Source: an uncultured Actinomycetota bacterium (GTDB taxonomy: Bacteria > Actinomycetota > Humimicrobiia > Humimicrobiales > Humimicrobiaceae). Taken from it: a DNA stretch of 64,000 bases. The translations under genes and the position numbers were made by a program. Of this stretch, positions 51,813 through 60,693 are shown one piece after another; position 1 is the stretch's first letter, and each line of letters opens with the position of its first letter. Below the pieces are notes generated by a model. It ran no database searches and was not told the origin of the DNA. It saw only the letters and a program-made list of their open reading frames with translations. The stretch spans positions 2,817-66,816 of the forward strand of contig CAZQQX010000006.1 in NCBI GenBank assembly GCA_964595565.1, written 5' to 3'.

Positions 51813-53579
51813 ATGAGAACAGTAACTACAATTATTATAGTTTTGCTCCTGGTAGCTGTTATATTCCTCGGGTTTATAGTCTTAAAATATTCCGGAACAG
51901 GAACTCCTGCCGAAGAAGAAACTGCCGGGCCTGAAACAGGCGAACCCATAGTTGAAGAAGAGGAGCCAGAGCCTGTAGTTGAAGAAGAACCGGTTCAGGA
52001 AGTGAAAGAGGATGAAATCGCAGTAATCGAAATATATCTTGATGGTGACAGGAATAATGGCATACTGCTGGGAGAAGCAGAATATGGTATGGCCTCCCCG
52101 GAAGCTTATAATATCTATGGCGGGGAATTCTCAGAAAGCGGTTTTCTCCTGGCCGAAAAAAACAGAGCATACACCTTTGAGCCCGGCTCTACCCACTACC
52201 TTTATATCTATGTTCTTATACCGGAATATGGATGGAATTATACCCGCCAGAAGGTTAGCATCCCGGGCAGCGAAGAGACAGACGAAAATATCAGGTTATC
52301 TATAGATGACCCTTCCCACAATGAAACAATAAAAGAAGCTGATAAATCAAATATTAAAATTTCAGGCTGGTCAGTTGATGTCAGCCAGCAAAGTGACCCC
52401 GGTATTGACCGTATTGAAATATATCTAAACGGGCCTAAAGAATTCGGGAAGCCTGCCGGTGAAGTGGACTATGGAATTGAAAGACAGGATGTAGCCGGCG
52501 CTCTTGGAAACGCCGGTTATACCAGTTCCGGATATTTATTAAATTTTGACGGTAGTAATCTTGAAGCCGACAGCGAAAACACCCTGTATATCTACTCTTT
52601 CTCTACTTCAGGAACATATAACCTGGGCTTAAGAAATATTGTAATAGAAGGTGAAAAGAAGGAATCAATAGCCCTAATTTCAGCACAGGCTAACCTGAGC
52701 AATGAATCCATAGAGATAAGCGGCTGGGCAATAAATAAAGACCACATTACCGGAGGCAGACCGAGAGACCCCGATACAGAATACTCAACCAGAAAGATAG
52801 TATTTGCTTCCAGCAAAAATGGAAACGAGGATATATTCAGCATGAACATAGATGGTACCGAACTTACGCAGCTGACAGATTATTCCGGAAAAGACAATTA
52901 CCCTGCTGTTTCACCCGATGGTAAAAAAATTGCCTACACTTCAGATATCAATGGTGTCTGGCAGATAGTAGTTATGAACTGGGATGGAACCGAAAAGGAG
53001 CAGATTACCTACAATCCGTGGAGAAGCGGGTATCCTGCCTGGTCCTTTGATGGAAGATATATTTTCTTTGAAGCATACATAGAGGGCGACTATGAAATAT
53101 ACAGGATGAACAGTGATGGAAGCAATATGAAGAGAATTACATTCAATCCAAATATCCCGGACTGGCATCCTTACGGTCATCCTTTCCAGTACAGAGTCAT
53201 TTATGAATCAGGGACGTCAAGGAACGAAAAAATATATATGATGGATTATGACGGTACTAATATTAAACAGCTATCAGACGCAGACATGCGGCAGAGGGTC
53301 CCTGCAATTTCTATTGATGGAGAAACTATCGTTTTTAGTGACAATGAATCCGTTTATACTATAAATATCAATGGAGAAAATTTACAAAAAATCAGCGGGA
53401 ACCTCTCAAACAGCAGACACCCTGACATATCTCCGGATAATAAATATATAACCTTCGAGGGCAATGTTGACGGCCAGCTTGAAATATTTATAGTCAATGC
53501 CGATGGTTCAAACCTAAAGAGACTTACCAGTATTACTGGAAGTGATTATGACCCTGTTTTTCTGTATCAGGCTCCCTAG
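51813..53579 (+). CDS. paralogue of 49061..51070: signal-anchored repeat-domain / PD40 beta-propeller protein
   Basis: Same architecture: TM anchor, an E/P-rich linker, two IEIYL(D/N)G repeats and PD40 repeats; about 60% identical to gene 49061 in the propeller region. Confidence 0.7.
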   Translation: MRTVTTIIIVLLLVAVIFLGFIVLKYSGTGTPAEEETAGPETGEPIVEEEEPEPVVEEEPVQEVKEDEIAVIEIYLDGDRNNGILLGEAEYGMASPEAYNIYGGEFSESGFLLAEKNRAYTFEPGSTHYLYIYVLIPEYGWNYTRQKVSIPGSEETDENIRLSIDDPSHNETIKEADKSNIKISGWSVDVSQQSDPGIDRIEIYLNGPKEFGKPAGEVDYGIERQDVAGALGNAGYTSSGYLLNFDGSNLEADSENTLYIYSFSTSGTYNLGLRNIVIEGEKKESIALISAQANLSNESIEISGWAINKDHITGGRPRDPDTEYSTRKIVFASSKNGNEDIFSMNIDGTELTQLTDYSGKDNYPAVSPDGKKIAYTSDINGVWQIVVMNWDGTEKEQITYNPWRSGYPAWSFDGRYIFFEAYIEGDYEIYRMNSDGSNMKRITFNPNIPDWHPYGHPFQYRVIYESGTSRNEKIYMMDYDGTNIKQLSDADMRQRVPAISIDGETIVFSDNESVYTININGENLQKISGNLSNSRHPDISPDNKYITFEGNVDGQLEIFIVNADGSNLKRLTSITGSDYDPVFLYQAP

Positions 53580-54063
53580 CAAGTGATGGAAGCTCTACTT
53601 TTTCTTTTCCTTCAATTGAAACATGTTTGTATTTTCTTCCGGGAAAACTGAATCGGATTGATGAACCTATAGAAAAGCCCAGCCATATGGACCATATAGT
53701 CTGCCTTGAGAAAAGATAAAATACAAGCTCACTCAATCGTTCACTGGAGTTAAAAAATTTATTAATAATAAAGCTGGTAATTGTACCTTCAGATAGCACC
53801 ATACAGATAAAAGGGAAAAAACCGACTATCACCAGGTTCTTAAAACTAAAAAGGCTTCTTTTTATTTTTAATTTTAATACAAGCATCACTATTACACCTA
53901 TACAGAACCCGACAATTAACAGGACCGCCAGCTTAATATAATTTGCTGCTATTGCTGATATATCTAATCCTTCAAGAATCTCCAGAATCTTATCAAAATA
54001 AGAATAAATAAAAACATAAAAAACAGCATTAATAAAAGAAAAAACTATTAAAAAAACTCTCAA
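53533..54063 (-). CDS. 4-TM membrane protein, paralogue of 51120..51581
   Basis: MRVFLIVFSFINAVFY... / ...FNSSERLSELVFYLFSRQTIWSIWLGFSIGSSIRF align with the other copy; the 3' end overlaps the convergent PD40 gene by about 47 nt. Confidence 0.5.
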   Translation of the reverse strand: MRVFLIVFSFINAVFYVFIYSYFDKILEILEGLDISAIAANYIKLAVLLIVGFCIGVIVMLVLKLKIKRSLFSFKNLVIVGFFPFICMVLSEGTITSFIINKFFNSSERLSELVFYLFSRQTIWSIWLGFSIGSSIRFSFPGRKYKHVSIEGKEKVELPSLAREPDTEKQGHNHFQ

Positions 54064-54173
54064 AATCTATCACCTTCCTACCTGGTCTTGTTCTTCCAAT
54101 ATATTAATTATACTCCGATTATTTTAATAAGGTCGCATATCTTCTACAGCCAGACTATCTCCTGTCCTATAAA

Positions 54174-56012
54174 TCAAAGTCTCTGTCCGATGCTGCCGAG
54201 ATACTGGGAAACATAACTATAGACTGTATGCGCCACAACCGAAGCACCTGCTGAACTGTAGTGCATGCCATCATTTAGATAGCCACCGGGATTCTGAGAA
54301 AGCGGAGTTGTAACATCTATAACCACTGCACCGTGCTTTGCAGCAATCTGCCTTATTGTGTCATTATATTTAGCATAATTTTCTTTTTCCGGCCAGTTCA
54401 GTGGCCCGATAAGGTTAACAAATACCCTTGCGCCAAGACTTTTTGCTTTTACAATCAGGCCCTCCATGCTAACCGAGAATCCGGAATAACGGGGACCCAC
54501 ATCATTGGTTCCATAGGCAATTATAACTATATCCGGATTATGCACAGCAACGGTGCTTTCAAATCTCGCATTCCCCTCACGGGTTAACTCGCCACTCTTC
54601 GCACTGGCAATGGTATTATACTCTGCATAGGGATAATTAGCCTCCAGAAGCTGGTCAAATGTCTGCACCCAGTTTGATTTAGCTATCAGTGAATCGCCCA
54701 TGGCTACAATAGTCACACTGGCATTCCCCCTTACATTCAGGCTTTTAGGCGGCAGCCCAACAACCGCATTGCTGCTTTCAATTTTAAAATGAGTGGTTAT
54801 TGTACCGCCTGAATTAGCCAGATTTTCATTCACCATTATCCTAAAAGTAATCTCTTTTTCCTCTTCTACGCCCAGGTTCTCAAGGTCCCAGATAAGCCCC
54901 CTTATATCATCGCTCCACCTTATACCCTCCGCGGTACCGGACCGGCTGACGTAAGTAGCCCCTTCCGGCGTGGGGCAGATAACACTATAATTTTCTTCTT
55001 TCTTCATACCGGTGTTTCTGACAATAATTTTTACACTTATAGTCTCTCCCGGGTATAGATTGCCTCCATTTGTATCGTATATATAGTTTTCCGATGTAGT
55101 TAAATCAGAAAACAGGCTCAGTTTTTCTTCCACTTTTTTTTCTATTACAATTGACCCGTATTTTAAAATACTTTCACCGGTTATAACTTCTTCGCCCATT
55201 AAGTCTTCTTTCACCCTGACCTTAAAGGAAAGAACCCTTTTTGTATTCACTTTAAGGTTGTCAATTTCCCATAATACGCTGTTATTGTTGTATTCCCCCT
55301 GGCCGGTAATAGAATCTTTGATTATGTCCGTGTATTCTGATATAGCACTTTTTATTTCAACACTGGATGCACTCATATCGCCATCATTTTTCACTGTTAA
55401 ATCATACCTCAGAACATCACCCAGCATGATGACCCCGCCATTCTCATCTACAGCTTTTACACTGAAGCTACTCAAATCAGGGCTACTTTCAACTTCGGCG
55501 GTCAGAACGGGGCTTATGGTATTATTAAACGTCTCTATCCCTATAAGGTAATTAAAATTCACCTTATCCAACATGATTACAGTACCATCATCCAGCGGGC
55601 TAATTACTTCCACCACAAAACACAGAGTACCTCTCTCGTTCTTCTTAACCTCTCCAATGTTAAAACCCAGTTTTTTGCCGTCCCCGGCAATGTTTAAAAC
55701 GTCACTGCGGTCCGATGACACAAAGGAAGTATGTTCCGGTAAACCAACTTCTATAACCAGTTTGCTTACATTCCTGTTACCCGTATTTTTGTAATTTACT
55801 GCATAAGTAATCCTGTCCCCCGGTTTTATATTATCCCCTGTATCACTGTATACATAATTAAAATTTTCATCATCAAAATTGGGTTCTGTCAGATAGAATT
55901 TAAAATAATAAATTAAAAAAGCAGCTGCAGCTATGCCCAGAGAACCGGCCACAATAAAAATCCACTTTTTATTACTTTTTATATAATCCAGTATTTTTTT
56001 AATTATCTTCAT
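54174..56012 (-). CDS. signal-anchored surface protein with DUF11-type repeat domains and a C-terminal SGNH/GDSL hydrolase domain
   Basis: GDRITYAVNYKNTGNRNVSKLVIEVGLPEHTSFVSS DUF11-like repeats. The C-terminus has VTIVAMGDSL (GDS block I) ... IVIIAYGTNDV (block III). The ATG at 56012 is preferred over the upstream TTG at 56084. Confidence 0.65.
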   Translation of the reverse strand: MKIIKKILDYIKSNKKWIFIVAGSLGIAAAAFLIYYFKFYLTEPNFDDENFNYVYSDTGDNIKPGDRITYAVNYKNTGNRNVSKLVIEVGLPEHTSFVSSDRSDVLNIAGDGKKLGFNIGEVKKNERGTLCFVVEVISPLDDGTVIMLDKVNFNYLIGIETFNNTISPVLTAEVESSPDLSSFSVKAVDENGGVIMLGDVLRYDLTVKNDGDMSASSVEIKSAISEYTDIIKDSITGQGEYNNNSVLWEIDNLKVNTKRVLSFKVRVKEDLMGEEVITGESILKYGSIVIEKKVEEKLSLFSDLTTSENYIYDTNGGNLYPGETISVKIIVRNTGMKKEENYSVICPTPEGATYVSRSGTAEGIRWSDDIRGLIWDLENLGVEEEKEITFRIMVNENLANSGGTITTHFKIESSNAVVGLPPKSLNVRGNASVTIVAMGDSLIAKSNWVQTFDQLLEANYPYAEYNTIASAKSGELTREGNARFESTVAVHNPDIVIIAYGTNDVGPRYSGFSVSMEGLIVKAKSLGARVFVNLIGPLNWPEKENYAKYNDTIRQIAAKHGAVVIDVTTPLSQNPGGYLNDGMHYSSAGASVVAHTVYSYVSQYLGSIGQRL

Positions 56013-56115
56013 TATTAATACACAATTATTTTTACCACCATTAAATTCGTTAAAAACAATTCCAATATTATAGCAAAAAGACAACCTCTAGATAAAGTAT
56101 TATTTGAGCGGGCTT

Positions 56116-57717
56116 TTACCTTATCTCTATTTCAATATCATCACAATTAATATAATTATTTTTGTAAGTCGCCCTGAATTTTACAACAGACCGTCCGGAA
56201 TCGGTGCCCCTGACTTTAACCATTAAATTAATCTGACCATTACTATCTATAATATATGAATCGCTTACCCACATATATACACCCTCACTTAAACCCGGAT
56301 ATTGTTTTACGTATCCTTCAGGGCTGACTCCGGTCAGCTCAACGTTATCCGGAAGCTCAAGTTCCAGTGAAGTGATCCCGGCCCCATCTTCACCGGTATT
56401 GCCTATAATAAATTCTATGATAAATTCTTCTCCCTCTTTTTTTATCTTATCACCAGCTTCATAGCTAATTTCAATACTTCTATCCAGATTTAAATAATTA
56501 ACATACTGTTCGGGAGAAATCAGGCTGTTAAACTCCACTCTCTTCATATTAAAGAGGTCAATTGTCTCTGTATCCTCTGCCCCGCCGGCATGCCTTAACG
56601 CACCTCTGTAGCCGGCTTCCACAAATAAAGGCGTTTTATCAGGATTATAATTTCCCTTTGGTAGCGCAACAAATAAAACTTCATTTCCCAGATGGGATTC
56701 AATATCCTCTTTTGATCGGGTAAGTTCATATAAAATTGTCTCATCGTAAGCAATTCCCAGCCTGACATGATTTACTGTATGGGATTGAAACTCGCAACCA
56801 TATTCATACATTTCTTTAATCTCGGGCCATATAAGTATCGGGCGTATGGGCCTGTCCGCACTGGCTTCTTTCTCAAAATATGCATTTGTTTTTCTATCAG
56901 CTTCAGTATCCCCTATTGCGCCGGTTACCAGAAATACAGTCATCCTGTACCCGTACTTTTTAAGAATGGGGAACCCATTGGTATAAACATCCTGAAACCC
57001 GTCATCGGATGTTATAATTACCGGTTTTTCAGGCAGCGACCTGCCGAAATCTATGTAATCTAAAAGCTCCTTCAACGTAATAGTCTCGTAACCATACTCT
57101 TTTAATACGCCGCACAGTTTGTCAAAGTGGCCGGTATAAAGCTCTATCGGCTCTTCAATATGATCCTCTATGGCATGCATGCCTATTATGGGAATAAAAA
57201 CTCCATCAAATTGTCTTTCACCGTAAACCAGCATTTTACAATCAGGACCTATAAAAGAGTCTACTTCATCTGAAGATATCTCCAGCCCGACCTCAGCCCG
57301 GGTGTCCTCATTTATATCATCTATTAAAGTCAGACCGGTTACAAAATTACTTTCTTCCCCCGCTCCAAGAACATCTATATTCCATGATGTCCGCCCGATG
57401 CCTGGTTCAAACAGGTCGTGAGTTATAAGATTAACTTCCACATTTTTTGCTTCCGCACCGCCGCTATTTACCACACTTATATTTACCTTTATATCTTCAC
57501 CTCCATATGTATTTCCGCCATTTGCATCAATTAGTTCTATATAAGAACCGGAAAATGATGGCAATGGCCCCTCTCCGGACGAACTGGCGTCACTATCACC
57601 GCTGCTTATAACCTGTTCAAACCCAGAACAGCCGGTAAAAATTACCGGAAAAATTATTATAAAAGCAAATAAAACTTTTATATTATTCTTTTTAATGAGT
57701 TTTCTCACTGCAAACAT
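56116..57717 (-). CDS. lipoprotein with a NodB-type polysaccharide deacetylase domain and a C-terminal DUF11-like beta-sandwich domain
   Basis: Lipobox VIFTGCSG. PIITSDDGFQDVYTNGFPILKKYGYRMTVFLV is the NodB motif 1/2 region. The C-terminal approximately 105 aa are shared with the gene at 57823. Confidence 0.75.
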   Translation of the reverse strand: MFAVRKLIKKNNIKVLFAFIIIFPVIFTGCSGFEQVISSGDSDASSSGEGPLPSFSGSYIELIDANGGNTYGGEDIKVNISVVNSGGAEAKNVEVNLITHDLFEPGIGRTSWNIDVLGAGEESNFVTGLTLIDDINEDTRAEVGLEISSDEVDSFIGPDCKMLVYGERQFDGVFIPIIGMHAIEDHIEEPIELYTGHFDKLCGVLKEYGYETITLKELLDYIDFGRSLPEKPVIITSDDGFQDVYTNGFPILKKYGYRMTVFLVTGAIGDTEADRKTNAYFEKEASADRPIRPILIWPEIKEMYEYGCEFQSHTVNHVRLGIAYDETILYELTRSKEDIESHLGNEVLFVALPKGNYNPDKTPLFVEAGYRGALRHAGGAEDTETIDLFNMKRVEFNSLISPEQYVNYLNLDRSIEISYEAGDKIKKEGEEFIIEFIIGNTGEDGAGITSLELELPDNVELTGVSPEGYVKQYPGLSEGVYMWVSDSYIIDSNGQINLMVKVRGTDSGRSVVKFRATYKNNYINCDDIEIEIR

Positions 57718-57822
57718 TACATGCTTCCATCTTTTTACTTTATCTATTTACCCGCCTTATTTTTTATCAATATAGCAGAATAAATCTAATAAACTAATAA
57801 ATCCAGGTTAATTCTTTTTAAT

Positions 57823-59715
57823 TTAATCTTTTATCTCTATTCCTAAACTGTCACAGTCAACGTAAAACCCGCCGGTTGTCAGTCTAAATTTTATAAATGA
57901 CTCACCGGGCGCCATTCCTTTTAGTTTTACAATCAAGTTTATCTCTTCCCCGCCCTCTATGACATATGAATCACTTACCCACATATATATACCCTGGCTC
58001 AGGCCGGGGTCCTGGCTGATATACCCTCCGGGGGAAGTTTCTATGAATTCAATATTTTCAGGAAGCTCAAGCTCAAATGATGTAATCTTAATTCTTTCTT
58101 TATTCTTATTCCTGACAATATATTCAATGGTGAATTCCTCCCCGAACCTTCTGGTATAACTATCGCTAAAGTAGCTAATTTCAGGAATAGACGCTGCAGG
58201 TTCAGTAACCCTGAACAGTCTTAACCATTCGTCATACCTGCTCCATAAATAACTTTTCCCCACCTGTTCGGCATTAAATAATTTTTTTATTACCTCTTCA
58301 TTGCCCACATAATATACTGTAATACCATCTTCAAGAGCTTCCATCATATTGCTTGCCGTATATTCCGGCACCTTATGAGATATATATTTTATGTTTTTGT
58401 CTCCATACTCATATTTGTCCACAAACATCCCGATATTTGTTGATTTAGCCAGGGCATACACCCTGGAATTACTTTCCATATTCTTAAACGCTTCATCCCA
58501 GAATTTATAAACGTAAGAAACCTCCGAATGGTCAAGCGAAGGATAATTTTCTATTATCAGGCCGGCCGGTATAAAAAGAAAAAACAATAATATGATAGTG
58601 ACCAGAAAATATTTTAAGAATTTATCAATCCCCAGAACCTTTCTTCCCATTAATGACTTAATAAACAGCAGAATCACCCCATCCAGTATAAACAGCAACC
58701 CGAAAGCAATATAAAAAGAAAATACAATCATTGAATACAGTAAATAATTTCTGAGTGCATGCCCTGCATATAATGGAGGAAAAACAAAGTTTACAATCAC
58801 CAGCAAAAATGTGCACAGGGCAAACTTTACATTTTTTTTGACCAGAATGATAAATCCTATAAGCGCTATGATAAGAAGCAGGATACCATAACTTTCATAA
58901 AACATACCAAGGTAATCTTTAATTACCTTTAATATTAATGAAATGCTCTTGTCCCCAAAACTTCCTCCATGGACTTCCCCTGTTACACCCCTTCCGGTTA
59001 TATAATAGAAAAATTTTAAAGGGCCGGTTACTTCCCCGTAACCCTGGAGCGACCTTATGGGAAGATACAGATATGATAAAAGAGGCAGAATAAAATATAA
59101 TATGCTGATTATAATTGCCTTTGCGCTTTTAAAAATCCCCGGATTCACAATAATAACATATAAAATAATGACCGGGACCAGGAAAAAAACAAGAGGGTGG
59201 TTGGTTAAACTTAACCCCAGGCAGAAAGCAAAAAAATAAAGATACTTTCTGGTTTTATTTTCATTATAGGTAATAGCCGAAAAAAACAATAAAGTCATAA
59301 AAAAAGTCTGTAATGTATCAAATTCCAGCCTGTTTGCCACTTCCCAGAAAGGCACGGCAAAAGCAAATATCATTGAACTTATAAAGCTTACGAACACATT
59401 TTTTACCAGTTTATTAATTGATAGGAATAAAAATAAAATGGTAAGTGCGCCGAAGATTGCTGAAAAAAGATTGAGCCTGTAAGCTATATCTCCAACCGGC
59501 AGTAAGGTAAAAAGCTTTTCCAGCATGGAAAAAACCGGATATCCGGTAGGAACCATAAGACTCATTTCGGTAACCTGAAGAGCGTACCATGCAGTATCCC
59601 CGCCTATTAGTTTACGTTCCAGAGTCATAAGATAAATAACCAGGGGAACAGCAAAAGAAAGAATTGATAATATAACTGCCTGTTTTCCTGTTATGAATGC
59701 TTTAACCTTCTCCAA
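57823..59715 (-). CDS. polytopic GT-C-fold membrane glycosyltransferase-like protein (DUF2723/TMEM260- and ArnT/PMT-like) with a C-terminal DUF11-like extracytoplasmic domain
   Basis: More than 10 predicted TM helices. An early loop GGDTAWYALQV...VPTGYPVF resembles the DUF2723 HPPGYPL region. The soluble C-terminal domain is about 55% identical to the C-terminus of the deacetylase. Confidence 0.55.
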   Translation of the reverse strand: MEKVKAFITGKQAVILSILSFAVPLVIYLMTLERKLIGGDTAWYALQVTEMSLMVPTGYPVFSMLEKLFTLLPVGDIAYRLNLFSAIFGALTILFLFLSINKLVKNVFVSFISSMIFAFAVPFWEVANRLEFDTLQTFFMTLLFFSAITYNENKTRKYLYFFAFCLGLSLTNHPLVFFLVPVIILYVIIVNPGIFKSAKAIIISILYFILPLLSYLYLPIRSLQGYGEVTGPLKFFYYITGRGVTGEVHGGSFGDKSISLILKVIKDYLGMFYESYGILLLIIALIGFIILVKKNVKFALCTFLLVIVNFVFPPLYAGHALRNYLLYSMIVFSFYIAFGLLFILDGVILLFIKSLMGRKVLGIDKFLKYFLVTIILLFFLFIPAGLIIENYPSLDHSEVSYVYKFWDEAFKNMESNSRVYALAKSTNIGMFVDKYEYGDKNIKYISHKVPEYTASNMMEALEDGITVYYVGNEEVIKKLFNAEQVGKSYLWSRYDEWLRLFRVTEPAASIPEISYFSDSYTRRFGEEFTIEYIVRNKNKERIKITSFELELPENIEFIETSPGGYISQDPGLSQGIYMWVSDSYVIEGGEEINLIVKLKGMAPGESFIKFRLTTGGFYVDCDSLGIEIKD

Positions 59716-59762
59716 TATATGCTTCCTTTTATTTTTTTATTTAAAAATTTAAAAACCGACAT

Positions 59763-60101
59763 TTACAGATTAAATATTATAACTCCGGCAATAACCAGGA
59801 TATTGCCCGCAATTCTTAACCTGTCAATATCTTCTCTGAGAATACACCATGAAAATAACATTATAAAAAAGTAGCTCAGCGCCGTAAAGGAATAAAAATT
59901 TGAAAAATCAATCACTCTCATAGTGATTATGGAAAGAACCGGAACAAGCAAAAATAAAAATATACTTATTAAAAGATATTTATTCTTAAAATTGCAGGTA
60001 AAGGGCTTCCTGAAATCTACCTTTTTTGCTCCTATCTTGAGTATAACCTGGGCCAGGGCAACCAGAAATTGAGTTACAACCGCCAAAAAAATATAAAGCA
60101 T
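59763..60101 (-). CDS. small 4-TM EamA/SMR-type protein (ArnE/ArnF-like flippase subunit)
   Basis: 112 aa half-size DMT protein immediately downstream of a second one: the paired arrangement typical of ArnE/ArnF. Confidence 0.6.
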   Translation of the reverse strand: MLYIFLAVVTQFLVALAQVILKIGAKKVDFRKPFTCNFKNKYLLISIFLFLLVPVLSIITMRVIDFSNFYSFTALSYFFIMLFSWCILREDIDRLRIAGNILVIAGVIIFNL

Positions 60102-60104
60102 AAT

Positions 60105-60527
60105 TTATACCCCTTCCAGCTTCTTACTGGACATAGTTATAATAAAAACTCCTGCTACTATAACAGCCGAACCGATAATTTTTTTTAAAGTAACGGGCTC
60201 GCCAAATAAAATTTTGCCCAGGAACAAAGAAAAAAAGTAATTTAAGCTCAGGAGCGGATATATAAAAGAGAGCTTAAACTTCCTGTGCAGGATAAACCAT
60301 AACACAAATTTAAGGCCGTAAGTCAGAGACATCACAGACAGCCAGAAGGCAAAAACCCTTGAGAGTTCAAGATTCATGCCTATATATTTTCCCGCAATTA
60401 TACTCAGTAGATTAATGCTGATGGCAAGAATAACTATAAGAATATAAAAAATTTTTTTATCGGTATCCCTAAATTTCATTTTTGATTTTTCCCCTGCGAA
60501 AAGGGCCAAACTAATATTTTGAAACAC
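60105..60527 (-). CDS. small 4-TM EamA/SMR-type protein (ArnE/ArnF-like flippase subunit)
   Basis: 140 aa, four TM helices; 3 nt from the partner gene. Confidence 0.6.
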   Translation of the reverse strand: MFQNISLALFAGEKSKMKFRDTDKKIFYILIVILAISINLLSIIAGKYIGMNLELSRVFAFWLSVMSLTYGLKFVLWFILHRKFKLSFIYPLLSLNYFFSLFLGKILFGEPVTLKKIIGSAVIVAGVFIITMSSKKLEGV

Positions 60528-60693
60528 ATTTTATACTAAAACTAATGAAATTATAAGTTTTTATAATTTTTTTCAAATTAAAGGAAAAATATAAAAACAT
60601 CTTAAAGCCTACTATTTTTTATGTTATAGTAATAAAATTATTTTAGTTAAGTTAAAGTCTGTCAAAATATCAGGTAATTTTAAAAAAGGAAAT

